Assembly: GCA_010909165.1 (NCBI GenBank)
Contig: MU008163.1
Coordinates: 1,860,001 to 1,924,000, forward strand
Source: Anthoceros angustus
Lineage: Eukaryota; Plantae; Anthocerotophyta
Reading direction: 5' to 3'
Length of the DNA stretch: 64,000 bases
This document shows, in pieces, positions 48,162-61,051 of this stretch (position 1 is the stretch's first letter; each line of letters opens with the position of its first letter). A program made the position numbers and the translations under genes. Under the pieces are notes generated by a model. The model was not told the origin of the DNA. It saw nothing but the letters and a program-made list of their open reading frames with translations, and did no database searches.

Positions 48162-50274
48162 CTATAGCATCTGCTGCGTGTCAAACATGGACGGTTCAAA
48201 ACTCCTCAAAGGGAAATCAGAAAACTGCCCATTTTGAGACTGCAGGGTGCCCCTTCGAGTCCCATGATGGTTGCTCTGGGACTGTGGGGAAGGCAGCTGC
48301 ATCAGGTCAATAGTTGGACGCACATGCTGAGAGTTGGCACTATGGAGAGCTCGGATCTCCTGACCCTGCAGCAGGGCCAGCATAGAGTGGTTGCCAAAGT
48401 CTCCGAAACCGGTGAGGAAAGGACCAGGCTGATGGTCTCTGTCCCCAGAGTTGGAACCATTGATAGACAGACCTCCAGAGACTCCCAAGTTTCCTGGAGA
48501 ATGAGGCTGTAGAGGGAGCTTCTCAACCAGGGGAGAAAAGTGCTGTTGCCCTCCAGCTGAACTGCCAGACATCAACTGATGGGCTAAAGGTGCCCGGTTC
48601 TCAGCAAGCAGTTGGTCCAGTGTCAAGGTTGAGGACCGGGGTGAGCGGTCCAGAGACACTGGGCCGGGAGCTCTGGGCCCCCATGGCTGAGATGACAGAA
48701 GAGAGAGAGCACGCCCAGAGTCAGATATTCCTGATAGACCCTGGGAGGCTGGTGTGGCCTCCAGGCCTGCAAGAACAGCTGCCCCTGAAGATGATGAAAG
48801 AGTCAGACCCTGGCCAATCTGACCTGACCCTTGCAAGAATTGGTGGACTCCTGAACCTGCCATGCCACTGGTGATGGGCGGTATGTGACCTTTTGGGCTG
48901 CTCTGCAAAAACATCAGCATTCTGTCTGATGGAGTTGCAGGGTGTGCTAGGGGCACTCTTGACAGGTAAGTCTGTCTCTCTGCAGACGTGACTTGCATCT
49001 GACAAGGAAGACTTGTTTGTTCATCCATTCTTCCCATTCCTGACCACGGACCCTTCCCATGGTTCAGCTTCAGGATGTTTCCCAGCGAATTCACGTTGTC
49101 ATCCGAATCCTCGATGGAAGTGGAGGAAGATGGACCTCCCCGGTGGTGCATGAAGCACCCTCGTTCCCCCAAGTTACTGCGCTTGTCATCTGGTACACGT
49201 GCCATCCACCGAAACCACCACCCACACACAAGCTGCAGCATAAGTACTTGCACAGGCAACAACAAGAGATGTACAAGGTTCACTCCATCATATACAGATC
49301 ATACACAATCTGAGTCAAGCTCCTTGTGCAAATTAGCAAAGCAGAATAGAATGGCATCTTCTCTGAACCACAACCACATGACTACTGCTGCAAGAAAACA
49401 CCATCAAACCCAGAGCATCTCCACGGCAGCCCAAACCCAAGCACACTCCTAGGAGGAAGGGCAGTGAAAAGAGTTACCATCCCCATAGAAGCTGGCGTTC
49501 TGCAGAGAAGGATTGACACAGGTGATTGCTGGACCAGTGTCCGGCTGTGGCTTCCTCCTTCGCTCATTGTGGCCTGCAAGCCGTCTTCTGCAGCTTCTCT
49601 TCCCCTCGTCAAACTCCCCAAGCTCATGAAACCTGGAGCAACAGCCACAACCCACAACCCACATGAGGTGAGTTCGCAAACACAGCCAACAACCCAGCGA
49701 AGGAATCGGAATTGTCGGGACCCAGACATCCTTTTCTCCAGGAGGTGCAACGACAAGAATAGTAAGCAAGATCCTGAAAATGCGTGGAAGCAAATAACAG
49801 TAGATGGATTGTGACAAACCGGCTGCACTGCTGACAGAAGCGCTGCTCCTGCTTGTTGACGGTCACCTTGGCCGCCTTGGAATGCTGCTCGCAGACCTTG
49901 TGCCGGCGATGGTACTCCTTGGCGTTGGACAGGTCTGCCTTGCAATTCTCCACCTGGCATTTCGGGGTTTGAATTGCAGGAGGCTGGGATCTGGGCTTCT
50001 TCCCAGGCGGAGAGCCTGCAAAGCCAGGAGACGAGGCGGCTGCCCGGCTGCCTCCTGCCGACGACGCATTGCCGTCCTCGAAGTACGTCCTCCGACCAAG
50101 CTTGAGCCCCAGAGGTGATTCTCCCACCACAGTCACGCCGTTGCTGTGGGCTCCTGTTTCCTTCGCCTCCTCACCCCCCGGGCCCTTGTTGCCCTCGTCC
50201 GCCACCCCGCCCAGCCCCAAGAACAGCCGCCGCTGCTGATCAACACCCAACATGCTGGCCTGGGACGACACCCT

Positions 50275-50337
<63 letters not shown>

Positions 50338-50339
50338 CA

Positions 50340-50380
<41 letters not shown>

Positions 50381-51288
50381 GGCGGCTGTTGCTGCTGCTG
50401 TTTCTGCTGGTCCAAAGACCCATTGGCTTTATGCTCCGGAACGAGCCCAGCATTTGCAGAGTTCTTCATGGCGGAAGCAGCAGAAGCTCGCATGTCCTGC
50501 AAGTTCACACTCTTCCTGGGCTGCTGCAGCTGCGGTTGGTCCTGGTCAAGGCCCCGCGGGGACTCCACCTCCGCCTTCACTCGGAACTCCACATTGCGGG
50601 CCATGGAGGAATCCGCTGTAAACGTGTGATCCCCGGGGCTGCCGAACCCGGCCTTGGTCGGAGCCAAGCCCGGAATTCCTGAGGAGGAAGTCATGGGCGA
50701 TGGAGCCCCGGAGGAGAAGCCGGTCGAAAAGGACGACTTTTGGGCTGCCGCTGCCTGGGGAGCCGGAGCCGGAGGCAGATTGAATGCAGCCGCAGCTACA
50801 GCAGAGGCGGAGGCTCCCTTCTGCTGCAGATCGAAGTCGGAGGCTCGCCTGCCGCTGTCTCCGCGCGCGGGGAAGGGCACCATGTCCCAGTCCCAGGCGG
50901 AGACGCCAGCCTTCACGTCCCATCCGGCGCTGCCATAGTCTCCGGCGGCGGCGGCAGCAGCCGCCACCTCCATCCCGGCGCTGTGCGATTGCTGGTGCTC
51001 CCAGGCGGCCACGCTGCCCCAGCAACTGTCCCCCGAGTGGGCGGAGCTGTCCATGGCCATGGCGGCCATGTGGTGGGTGTGGCGCTGGCTGCTGCTGCTG
51101 CTGCGCATCAAAGGGGAGCAGGAGGAGTTCTGGAAGGCGCGATTGCCTCCGGGGTGAGGAGGGGAAGAGCCCAGCACAGGGGATGAGGAGCAGGAGGAGA
51201 AAGAGAGTGCTACGGCATCGCAATCACCACCCCCTCCAGCCTTGCCTGCTGCTGATGCTACTCCTCCTCCTATCTGCGCCTTCTCCAT
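48162..51288 (-). CDS. SPL: SBP-box transcription factor of the miR156/529-targeted type (SPL-B), 3 coding exons; start may be 51288 or 51069
   Basis: [18 protein letters not shown] domain [28 protein letters not shown]...RFCQQCSR|[29 protein letters not shown], polyQ tract and GRALSLLS. Exons start-49820, 49632-49478, 49189-48162. Confidence 0.95.
48693..48712 (-). promoter_or_regulatory. miR156/157/529-family target site in the SPL-B coding sequence
   Basis: The mRNA-sense sequence GTGCTCTCTCTCTTCTGTCA encodes ALSLLS and is the canonical SPL miR156 site. Confidence 0.93.
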
Positions 51289-51885
51289 GCCCGCAGCACA
51301 TCGGGCAAGAAACGGTCGGCCCCGCCTGCCTCCGCTTCCGTCAGCTGCCGCTGCTGCTGCACACAAATCCTTCCCTCCGCCTCGCCGGTACTAAGCGGCT
51401 GCGGCAGCAGCAGCAACAGCTGCCCGCGATGACATTGCCAATGTACTCCCAACAGGTCTCCTTCTCTCTCCCGTGTACAGCACAAAGAATCCCGGCACCT
51501 GCAGCCTCCGTGGGCAGCGGCAGCAGTGAGAAGGAGGGAGGACAATGCTCCCTTTCCAAGTACCCCCGCCCGGCCCCTTGATATGTACAAGCAAATGCAC
51601 AACCAACCAGCAATTCTCTCGCCCTCTGCGCTCTGGCCTGCTTGCGAAGGCACAGAGGCTCGGGCTGCCACGGGCTCAGCTGCTGCTGCTCCTGCCGGTG
51701 CTAGCTCGCAGCGCAAGCAAGAAGAGAGCTGTGAGAGGGCACAAGGAAAGGTACCGTACTTGGGTGGGGACAAGGCACATATCAAGGAGGGAGAGGGGGG
51801 CGGGGGGCACAGCAGTACAGGCGGTGTCAGGAAGTGCGAGCCTCACTGCTGATGCCTGCTGATGCTCCTGCTGCTGCTGCTGCTG

Positions 51886-53364
51886 GGGCGGCTGTTGCTG
51901 CTGTTTCTGCTGGTCCAAAGACCCATTGGCTTTATGCTCCGGAACGAGCCCAGCATTTGCAGAGTTCTTCATGGCGGAAGCAGCAGAAGCTCGCATGTCC
52001 TGCAAGTTCACACTCTTCCTGGGCTGCTGCAGCTGCGGTTGGTCCTGGTCAAGGCCCCGCGGGACTCCACCTCCGCCTTCACTGAACTCCACATTGCGGG
52101 CCATGGAGGAATCCGCTGTAAACGTGTGATCCCAGGGCTGCCGAACCCGGCCTTGGTCGGAGCCAAGCCCGGAATTCCTGAGGAGGAAGTCATGGGCGAT
52201 GGAGCCCGGAGGAGAAGCCGGTCGAAAAGGACGACTTTTGGGCTGCCGCTGCCTGGGGAGCCGGAGCCGGAGGCAGATTGAATGCAGCCGCAGCTACAGC
52301 AGAGGCGGAGGCTCCCTTCTGCTGCAGATCGAAGTCGGAGGCTCGCCTGCCGCTGTCTCCGCGCGCGGGAAGGGCACCATGTCCCAGTCCCAGGCGGAGA
52401 CGCCAGCCTTCACGTCCCATCCGGCGCTGCCATAGTCTCCGGCGGCGGCGGCAGCAGCCGCCACCTCCATCCCGGCGCTGTGCGATTGCTGGTGCTCCCA
52501 GGCGGCCACGCTGCCCCAGCAACTGTCCCCGAGTGGGCGGAGCTGTCCATGGCCATGGCGGCCATGTGGTGGGTGTGGCGCTGGCTGCTGCTGCTGCTGC
52601 GCATCAAAGGGAGCAGGAGGAGTTCTGGAAGGCGCGATTGCCTCCGGGGTGAGGAGGGAAGAGCCCAGCACAGGGGATGAGGAGCAGGAGGAGAAAGAGA
52701 GTGCTACGGCATCGCAATCACCACCTCCAGCCTTGCCTGCTGCTGATGCTACTCCTCCTCCTATCTGCGCCTTCTCCATGCCCGCAGCACATCGGGCAAG
52801 AAACGGTCGGCCCGCCTGCCTCCGCTTCCGTCAGCTGCCGCTGCTGCACACAAATCCTTCCCTCCGCCTCGCCGGTACTAAGCGGCTGCGGCAGCAGCAG
52901 CAACAGCTGCCCGCGATGACATTGCCAATGTACTCCCAACAGGTCTCCTTCTCTCCCGTGTACAGCACAAAGAATCGGCACCTGCAGCCTCCGTGGGCAG
53001 CGGCAGCAGTGAGAAGGAGGGAGGACAATGCTCCTTTCCAAGTACCCCGCCCGGCCCCTTGATATGTACAAGCAAATGCACAACCAACCAGCAATTCTCG
53101 CCCTCTGCGCTCTGGCCTGCTTGCGAAGGCACAGAGGCTCAGGCTGCCACGGGCTCAGCTGCTGCTGCTCCTGCCGGTGCTAGCTCGCAGCGCAAGCAAG
53201 AAGAGAGCTGTGAGAGGGCACAAGGAAAGGTACCGTACTTGGGTGGGGACAAGGCACATATCAAGGAGGGAGAGGGGGGCGGGGGGCACAGCAGTACAGG
53301 CGGTGTCAGGAAGTGCGAGCCTCACTGCTGATGCCTGCTGATGCTCCTGCTGCTGCTGCTGCTG
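51886..53364 (-). pseudogene. Tandem duplicate of SPL-B 5' region (template 50380-51885), frameshifted; probably an assembly artefact
   Basis: Near-identical sequence 27 bp shorter than the template. Differences are mostly 1-3 bp deletions in homopolymers or short repeats. Both junctions lie in (CTG)n tracts. It contains no SBP domain. Confidence 0.85.
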
Positions 53365-55442
53365 CCGCTGGTGAAGCGAACAGATGCCCAGCAAGCAGCG
53401 GCGGAGGAGGCAGGAGGCAGGGGCACCCAGGGAGAGAGAGAGGCACTTGGGTTTGGCTCTGGCTTTGGAAGATGCAGAAGTAGAGAGTTGGGTGCTGGAG
53501 GGAGATGGTGAGTGGATGGATGATGGAATAGAAAGGAATGGAATGGAATACAGTAGAATAGAATGGGTGGAAGTATGGTGAGACGATGGAAGGCCTGTGA
53601 GAGGGGGCAGCAGAAGTTACAGCAGCAGAGTCGAGCAAAGCAGACCAGAGCAGACCAGACCACAGCAGAGCAGGGCAGAGCAGAGGAGGGCAGAGCGTTT
53701 TTGTTGTGTGTATGTGCGAGTCACCAGGCCGGCCTGCAAAAGCAGACGCTCCCGCAAAAGCAGGCCCACCCACTCCTCTGCTTCCGAGCCATGGTTGGCT
53801 ATTGGGAGAGAAGAGAGATGGTTCAGGGCCTGTCCAGTAGAGGCCTCTCTGCTTCGTCCTCTCGTGCCAGACTTCAGAGATGGAAAGAGAGGCAACGCAG
53901 AGCACTGGCTGTGTCGGAGAAAGAGAGTGGTGGGGCTTGGGGAGGAGGGCCCGGGACTGGAGGGGACTCGGGAGCACCACCACCAGGCTCCCTGTGCCTC
54001 TCCCACTCCGGCAGCAGCCAAGGCAAGCGAGGGAAGACAACGCTATGCAAGCCTGCCCTACTACTCCCTGGCTCTGGGTGCTACCTCGCTTGTCGCTGTA
54101 CCAAATGAGGATGTTGCGCAGGAGAAGGCATGACATGAGACGAGGTGTTGCGGCTCGCTCCCCGCTGTAAGAGAGGAGGATGTAGTGAAGAAGAAGGCAT
54201 GACATGACATGACATGACATGACATGACATGCTGTGCTGCTGCTTGAGTGATGACTTTGGGAAATGGCTTGAAGCACACTCCAAGGCAAGCAAGCATGCA
54301 CGCAGGCATCGTGTGATGAGAATGTTGACAAGCATCATCACCTTCGAGGTGGGAGATGAAGCAGGAACAACCTTGATCTGCAAAGGACTGGTGCTGATGC
54401 AGCAGCAACAACAACAAAACCAAAGGTGACAAAACGAGCCCAGGCCAGTTGGGACCATCCCGGCCATCCATGATCCCACACCCAGCACTCCTGATGGCAG
54501 AAGCAGCGGTTGTACTGTATTGCACAACCCCAACACACAACAGGCAACATGGGCAGGCTACACACCCCAAAACCTTTCCGGCTGCAGCTGCAGCAGCCAT
54601 GTTCCGCCATGGTGCGCAAATCTACTGCAGGACAAAAACGTCACAAGGCGAACGCCAACATCCATCCGGGTGACATTCACAAGCTCTCTCTCTCCCCGAA
54701 AATTCCCCTCCCCTGCAAGCCTCCCACAAACTCCCACCCTCCACTCAATCAGGCTCTCCCACAACCAGCTAGACTACATACCGCCACCTCCAACCCTTTC
54801 CAGGTTCCAGCCATGACATGATGATTGCATTTGGCCATGCCACACCTCGACGTCGTGCGTGAGGGATTTGAACGCCATTCTCGGCATGGGTCCCTTGCCG
54901 AACCCACCGTCCGTGCCAATGGCCGTCGGCCATCCCATGCCATGCAGGTGCCCTCTCTTTTCAACACAATCTACCATATCTCACGCCTACCGCTCTCGCA
55001 CGAGCAGTGCAGCAGGGCATCTCGTCCCGTCCATGTCCCAGGCTGTGATGGGCCTCCCCTTTGCCCTCACAGCCCAACACGACAAAATGCAAAATAGGAA
55101 AAAAGCAATGCACACTGCACAGTGAGGGATGTGGTCCGAGCAGACGGAGGGGCCCAACCGAACGAAGTCAGACCCAGTCAGAGCGGGCAGCCTGGAGCTG
55201 ATTCCCGTTTCAAGCATCGAGGATCACGGCCTTGTCCGGACCCGTGTCTTACGCCATCACCATAGCCAGCCCACACCAGCACTTGTCACAACATGAGAGC
55301 GGCACTGGGGTCGGTGCGATGGCCAGCCACAATCACGAATCTTGCAAACTCCATCGCATCGCAGCCACACAGTGGAATTACCGCTTCCACTCGTGCATAC
55401 AAAATCTCCCAACACTGTTGGGCGGTTGCGTGTAACGCCATG

Positions 55443-55480
<38 letters not shown>

Positions 55481-55810
55481 TGGGTAGCATGCAGAGGCGA
55501 CAGATAGGATGCAGTCTCATGTCATCCATCCCAATGCCATCCCCTTCCAACTTGCTGCTTGCACAGCTTGCAAAGCTGAACCTGCACTGCTGCAATGCAT
55601 CTACATGCACTGTAGCTCGTTAATCTGGTGCACCCCCCGTTTGTCGCTTTGCGTGTCTGAATGGCTGTAAATTGTACATGTCCGAGAGCGGACAACTGCC
55701 ACTGCCTCTAATTGCAGCATCGAACCGGCTCACACTTCCAACATTGGCCTGGGCCCCTCCAAGCAGTTGTTCCCCATCCCCGGTGTGGATGGGACTTTCC
55801 CCATCCCTGC

Positions 55811-55820
55811 ATATTTATAA
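55811..55820 (-). promoter_or_regulatory. Candidate TATA box for SPL-B
   Basis: TTATAAATAT on the minus strand at the boundary between GC-rich leader-like sequence and AT-rich intergenic DNA. Inference only. Confidence 0.3.
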
Positions 55821-57829
55821 AGTCTCTCCGTTCTCTCTCTTCTAACATTCATATATGCATATATATATATACATATATATTTCTTCTTGTTGTACGTGCG
55901 GTGGCTGCGTGTGTGTTGAGCTCATGGAGGGGCGGTGGCTATGTGTGTTGAGCTCCAGGAGGGGCCAATGCTCTATTATCCTATACATTTGTACACACAC
56001 CATTCCCACTTCTTTAAGAAAGTGGAATGGAGACTTTATGAATATGCAGAGATGGAAAGTACCATTCTCATCTTACAAAAATGAAGGAAAACTTTTTAAT
56101 ATGCATGGAAAATACCATCTACACATGGGCTATGAGGAACAGTCCTCTAGAGGGCCGGTGCCATTATCTACCCTGAAGCTATTTACTACTCCCAAGATGG
56201 TGAGGAGGAGACCTTAGATCATTTGTATGGGCTCACACATGCAATGATGCAAAGACGTGCTGTCAAACCAAAGCATGGGGATAGGATGCGGTCCACATGC
56301 GCCCCCCCTCGTTGTTGTTCCTACTTATCTATTATTATATCTAAGCATGTAGACCATTTTTTTGTAAGATAATTATTTTATAATAAAATAATATTTATTC
56401 TACAGTTTTTCAAACCAAGAAATCCTTAAAAGACTTTTAGGGACCATCTCTATTCTAATTGCTTTCGTGTTGGGGTTCGTATCCTCATCTAACTGGTCAA
56501 CCATTGTAAGAAAACTTAACCGTAGAGTTTTCAAAAATTCATGTGTGCATGTGTGCGGAGTTTCCAAAAACTCATGCTTGGATGTACAAGTTCTCTCTTG
56601 GATAAGATAATTGTTGTTGGTCTTTAATGTCAAAGTCAATCTAGGTTATATTATATTTTATGTATATTAAAATTATTTATTTTAAAAAAAATGAAGATCA
56701 AAGGTCCTCTTTTCATGTGCTTACAACATTGACCTTCAATTTTCAGATAACCTCAATGTGTATTATATTGTCTCTAGCTCTCACAACTACCTAACTACAT
56801 ATTCTTAACTACTTCTATTCTATTTATATGTATTTTTTATGGTTCTTAGCAAGAGCAATTTTCAAGGCATGTGTTTGATGGATGCGATGATTAACCTAGA
56901 GTATTATCAGTTGATTTTTATACACTCTTGTACATAATTAGATATACAAAGACAAACAAACTTAGAGTTTATTTCATATCATCTACATAGGATAGTGTAG
57001 AGGAAGACCCCAAGGTCACCGTGGTGAGGATATGTATGCTCCAAATACAAAGCATGAGCATAATGTGGTACATATCAAATATTAAAAAATTCATTATTAT
57101 AAAATTGGACTAGGAGAGAGGAAGCTTACGTGTAAGAAGATTATGTATGAAATAATTTTTCTATCGAGATAGAAGCAAAAGGCTGTGTACATGATGCCGA
57201 AGTGAAATTGTGTACACTTATTTTGTTTGCTTAATATGGTTGCTTGTCACCACCTCATTTCAAGCAATATGGAATCTTTTGTGTAAATCCTTTTCTTATA
57301 TAATATGACGTAATTTTATGCTAACTTACTTATGCTATTAATGTCTTATTGTTTGCTCTTATAAACTGTGATGCGCAATACAAGTGGAAGTTGTGAGTTT
57401 CTAGGAAAAATCTCATTTTTGTATTTGTACCGGTAACATTTTGTTACTTGAGTACACAAATATACAATGGGAAGGTAAAGAATAATAGACTTGATAAAAA
57501 TGGGATAATGAGGGTTAACTTAAAATAGCTATTTAGTTCTAAGAACTTAGAAAAAAAGAAAATTTATTATAATCCACTATGGAGAGATGGCAATATGGGA
57601 CTAAAATAGGCTAAATACATTGGATGTGATAAAAATTATCTTTACTAGTTCAAAGTAAAACTAAAAGCTTAAGCTTCTAGCAAATTCATCACTTTCAACA
57701 TTGGCATGCGTTAATTCCACATTTGTTGCAAGCATCATCATGTAGGTAGAGATTTAGAAAAAGAAAGGAAACTGTGTGCATGTGAAAATAATCTTGTCAT
57801 TCAAATAGTATGCAACATTCTCCTAGATA

Positions 57830-59480
57830 TCTTTATAGATTTGACAAATAAAAATAAACTCTTCTTCTGATGTCACATCCTTAGTGCAAAGTCGACATAT
57901 CTGACTATAAAAAGTGCTTTATTGAAGAGTTAGGCTTTGGGAAGATCATTTTTATTGATTCCACCATTAAGTTTCAAGGATTGCTACAAACAGATAATTG
58001 ACTCCTCAATTAGGACATGTTCACCTAATCTGACCCAGATTTAACACTCATTCAATCTTCGAGAAAGCAAAAGCATCGACAAGATGACTTCCACTTAGTC
58101 TAGCGCCTACTCACAGCTGACCATATTTAGTTTATAGGAAAACCGAGCATACAAACTATCTCCTAATTTTTAGAAGGCTCTCTAAAAATGCTTATCCTTT
58201 CTCAAAGGACTCCACACATTTTGCTCAATTCCCAAAACTTCCTCAATACAAAACTATCGGGATACAATCAATATTTTCAACAATAGTTATGTACTAGGAG
58301 TGGGTCCCATGTATCAATAGCAACATTAAAGGAGGTTGAACTTAGTCCAACACGTAACAACGCAGATAGCTACCAGAAAAAGCGCGAGTAAACTAAGTTT
58401 TCCAATACCGATCTTATTGGTTTCTGCATATTTCACGGAGAGGTAGTACCATGCATGCTAGCAAAATCTGCTCAACGGCACCCACGCTAGTCTCCGTGCT
58501 AAATTGTCGCTTATTATGTACTATCGCTAGCAAATACCAAGTTGCTACGATTCAAGATTTAGCGCTTAAGCTGCCTATAACTTCAAAGGGTTACTGCCAA
58601 TGGAGGGAGATGGGCAAATGTTCTATGAGTTAAATTAAGAGCTGAAGGAGGAAAGAAAGGAGTAGCTCTATAAGTGGTGGACAGAACAAGAAGTTAAAGG
58701 AGAAAATGGCGATCCTAGAAAACAAACTTGAGAGCGTCCTATGTACCATGGGCACATAGGCACCGTGAATGTGGAGACTCAGAAACCACAGCACGGTAAA
58801 ATTTGTATACTATTGTGTCCATAATAATAAACTCGTAGTTTTTCCCAAATACTTTGTACATGGTCTCCTTCAAGCTGTCCAGGGTTTCGACCTCACCAAT
58901 GTTGTCCTAGTTGCTAGAATGTACTGGCGGACAACTTATTGGAACATTGTAACATGTTGAACATAGCAGTGAGGATCCACTTTACAATCTGACCATGTTG
59001 TAGTGCACAAAATTCCGCCAAAAAGAGAAGATCAATCTATTTCACTATTATAATATCCTAAGAGCCGTCTCTGACACCGCATTTTCTGTATTTTTGAAGG
59101 ATGACTCCTCCTCCACTTTACGGTAGGTAGAGAAAGCGTTCTCGAGGATCCGAGATGGGATAGGACCCATGAAGAACATTTGCAATTGAGGGAGAGTGAG
59201 CCATGTCGCCCGACTGCTATGTTTATCAAGCCAACCGCTACTACAATTATGCATTGGCTAATTTTGCTTCGAGTATGTACCGTAGGATTGGGAGTTGGAC
59301 AATTATTTCCTTTGTGTCTTAGCCCTTGCTGCTTCTTGTGCGTGTTTGTTCAATGCTGCTTTGTGGGTGTTTACAATCTTATGGTCAACTTCTATTTCAC
59401 AAAATTAGATCTTGTCACCAAGGAGTTATGCACCAAAATGTAGCGAAGGGGCATAGTGACCAACAATTCTGCCAAAATCA
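57830..59480 (-). mobile_element. Heavily decayed LINE remnant (RT region and C-terminal Zn knuckle)
   Basis: The minus strand gives ICRLCTKDVTSEEEFIFICQIY (57835-57900), like the LINE C-terminal C-x2-C...H/E-x4-C knuckle, and SGWLDKHSSRA (about 59200-59240), like the region preceding the QAGFR motif. Many stops; AT-rich. Confidence 0.45.
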
Positions 59481-61051
59481 AAATTTCAATGCCAAAGAAC
59501 AATTGATACCTGGGCAGAGTGGGGAAAGGTCGTTGGGGATTATAAGACATATATTTCCAAATACTCTAATTTATTGTACTTACATAGCTTATTACTTAAT
59601 ACCTTATTTTTCGTGTTTTCATTATCTGTTGCTGTTGAAAAAAAGCACATCATACTGCCCAGCTATTGCAATGACCAACCTAGCAGTTAATGCAGCTAGC
59701 TGCTTGTTAACTTCTAATGCTGCGTCAAGAACAATAGGATTGGGAGGTGCGAACGGATTTTCTCACGGCGCAACCTTTGTAGTATTGTTTTGTGAGTGTG
59801 TGCGACGTTACGATCAACATCCATTTTACACAAATCAGATACTATCCCGGAGAAGTTTTGCACAACATTGTAGCAAAGGGGCAAAGTGTACAACAATTGT
59901 GCCACAATCAAAATTTGAAGACAAAGAAGGATTGAAACCTGAGGTCTATAACGTTTACACGATATAGACTTTGATATGGATGGAGGGAGAGAACTTAACG
60001 ACATATTTCTACATACTCTAATTTATGAAACAACTAACTTGATGCCTTGTTCACATCCTCTACAACACTCCCGTACAAACTTTCATATAAGCATAATGAT
60101 AGGTACACGTTGTTATTTTATGCCAGTACCAATACGTACTACCTATATATAGGGAGACCAGGTATATGATCTACGATCCCATTAAAAAAAATGTCCAATG
60201 AGTTAGTTCATGCTTTCTAATCTAAAATTAGATTGTATGCCTAAAGTTACAACAACTAGAAAACACGAAAACACAAAAAGGATGACTTGAAAACGAAAAG
60301 CATGAACAAAGCAGAAAAAGAAAGTTCCGACAGTGGTTTACGTACGTAGGAGACAAGCGGCTGTACGTCTATTCCCTGGGCGCAAGGCGCATTGATTACG
60401 GTACTTGCGGGCAAGAGGGCGTGGCGAGGGAGGGGAGGCGTCCGTCGTGCTATCAGTAGGAGGATGGTGGCATTAAGCAGGGCGGTAACGTAATCGGTAA
60501 GCGTAAGCGAGGCGTGTGGGCATTCAATGATTAGGGCTTGAGCGGCCGGCCCCGACAACGCACCGGGCGGCGTAGGCCGCATACATCGCACCTGAGCGGA
60601 TATCCCCGTTGGCAGTTGGCGCCGACGAAGTCGGGAGTCCGGGGGCCGCCTTGGCGGGGCAGCGCCGCGGCACACGCCCCCAGAACAGGGCCGGGGCCCC
60701 GGGCCGGGCGTCCACGTGACCACAGGCTCCCGTCCCCGGGTGGGCCGGGGCTCCCGACTCCCCGCTCCCGCTCCCGCTCCCCGCGCGCTATGTATGATGT
60801 GCGTCTCAAAGTGTGGGCCTGTGGGACCGCCCGCCTTGAAGAGTAGCGCAAGAAGCATTGAGAGATGCTCCCGAGGGACGTCCCAATCATGCTCATGCCA
60901 TGCGCGCCGCGCCGGTGCTTATTCTACGTCTTTATCAGATATTCTCACCGCCCCCTCCACTTGTCTTATCGAATTTATAGCCTCTTGCGTGGAGCGACCC
61001 ACGTGGAGGCCCTCGTCTCCCGCCACCCCCCGTGTCCGACACCTGCTTCCG

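Noticed and set aside
48693-48712. MIR156 gene on the plus strand
   Set aside because: No fold-back partner is seen nearby. The sequence is the reverse complement of the target site within the SPL-B exon.
60060-60080. Copia polypurine tract and LTR start (acgggag-TGTTG on the minus strand)
   Set aside because: No matching second LTR, primer-binding site or pol remnant could be found.
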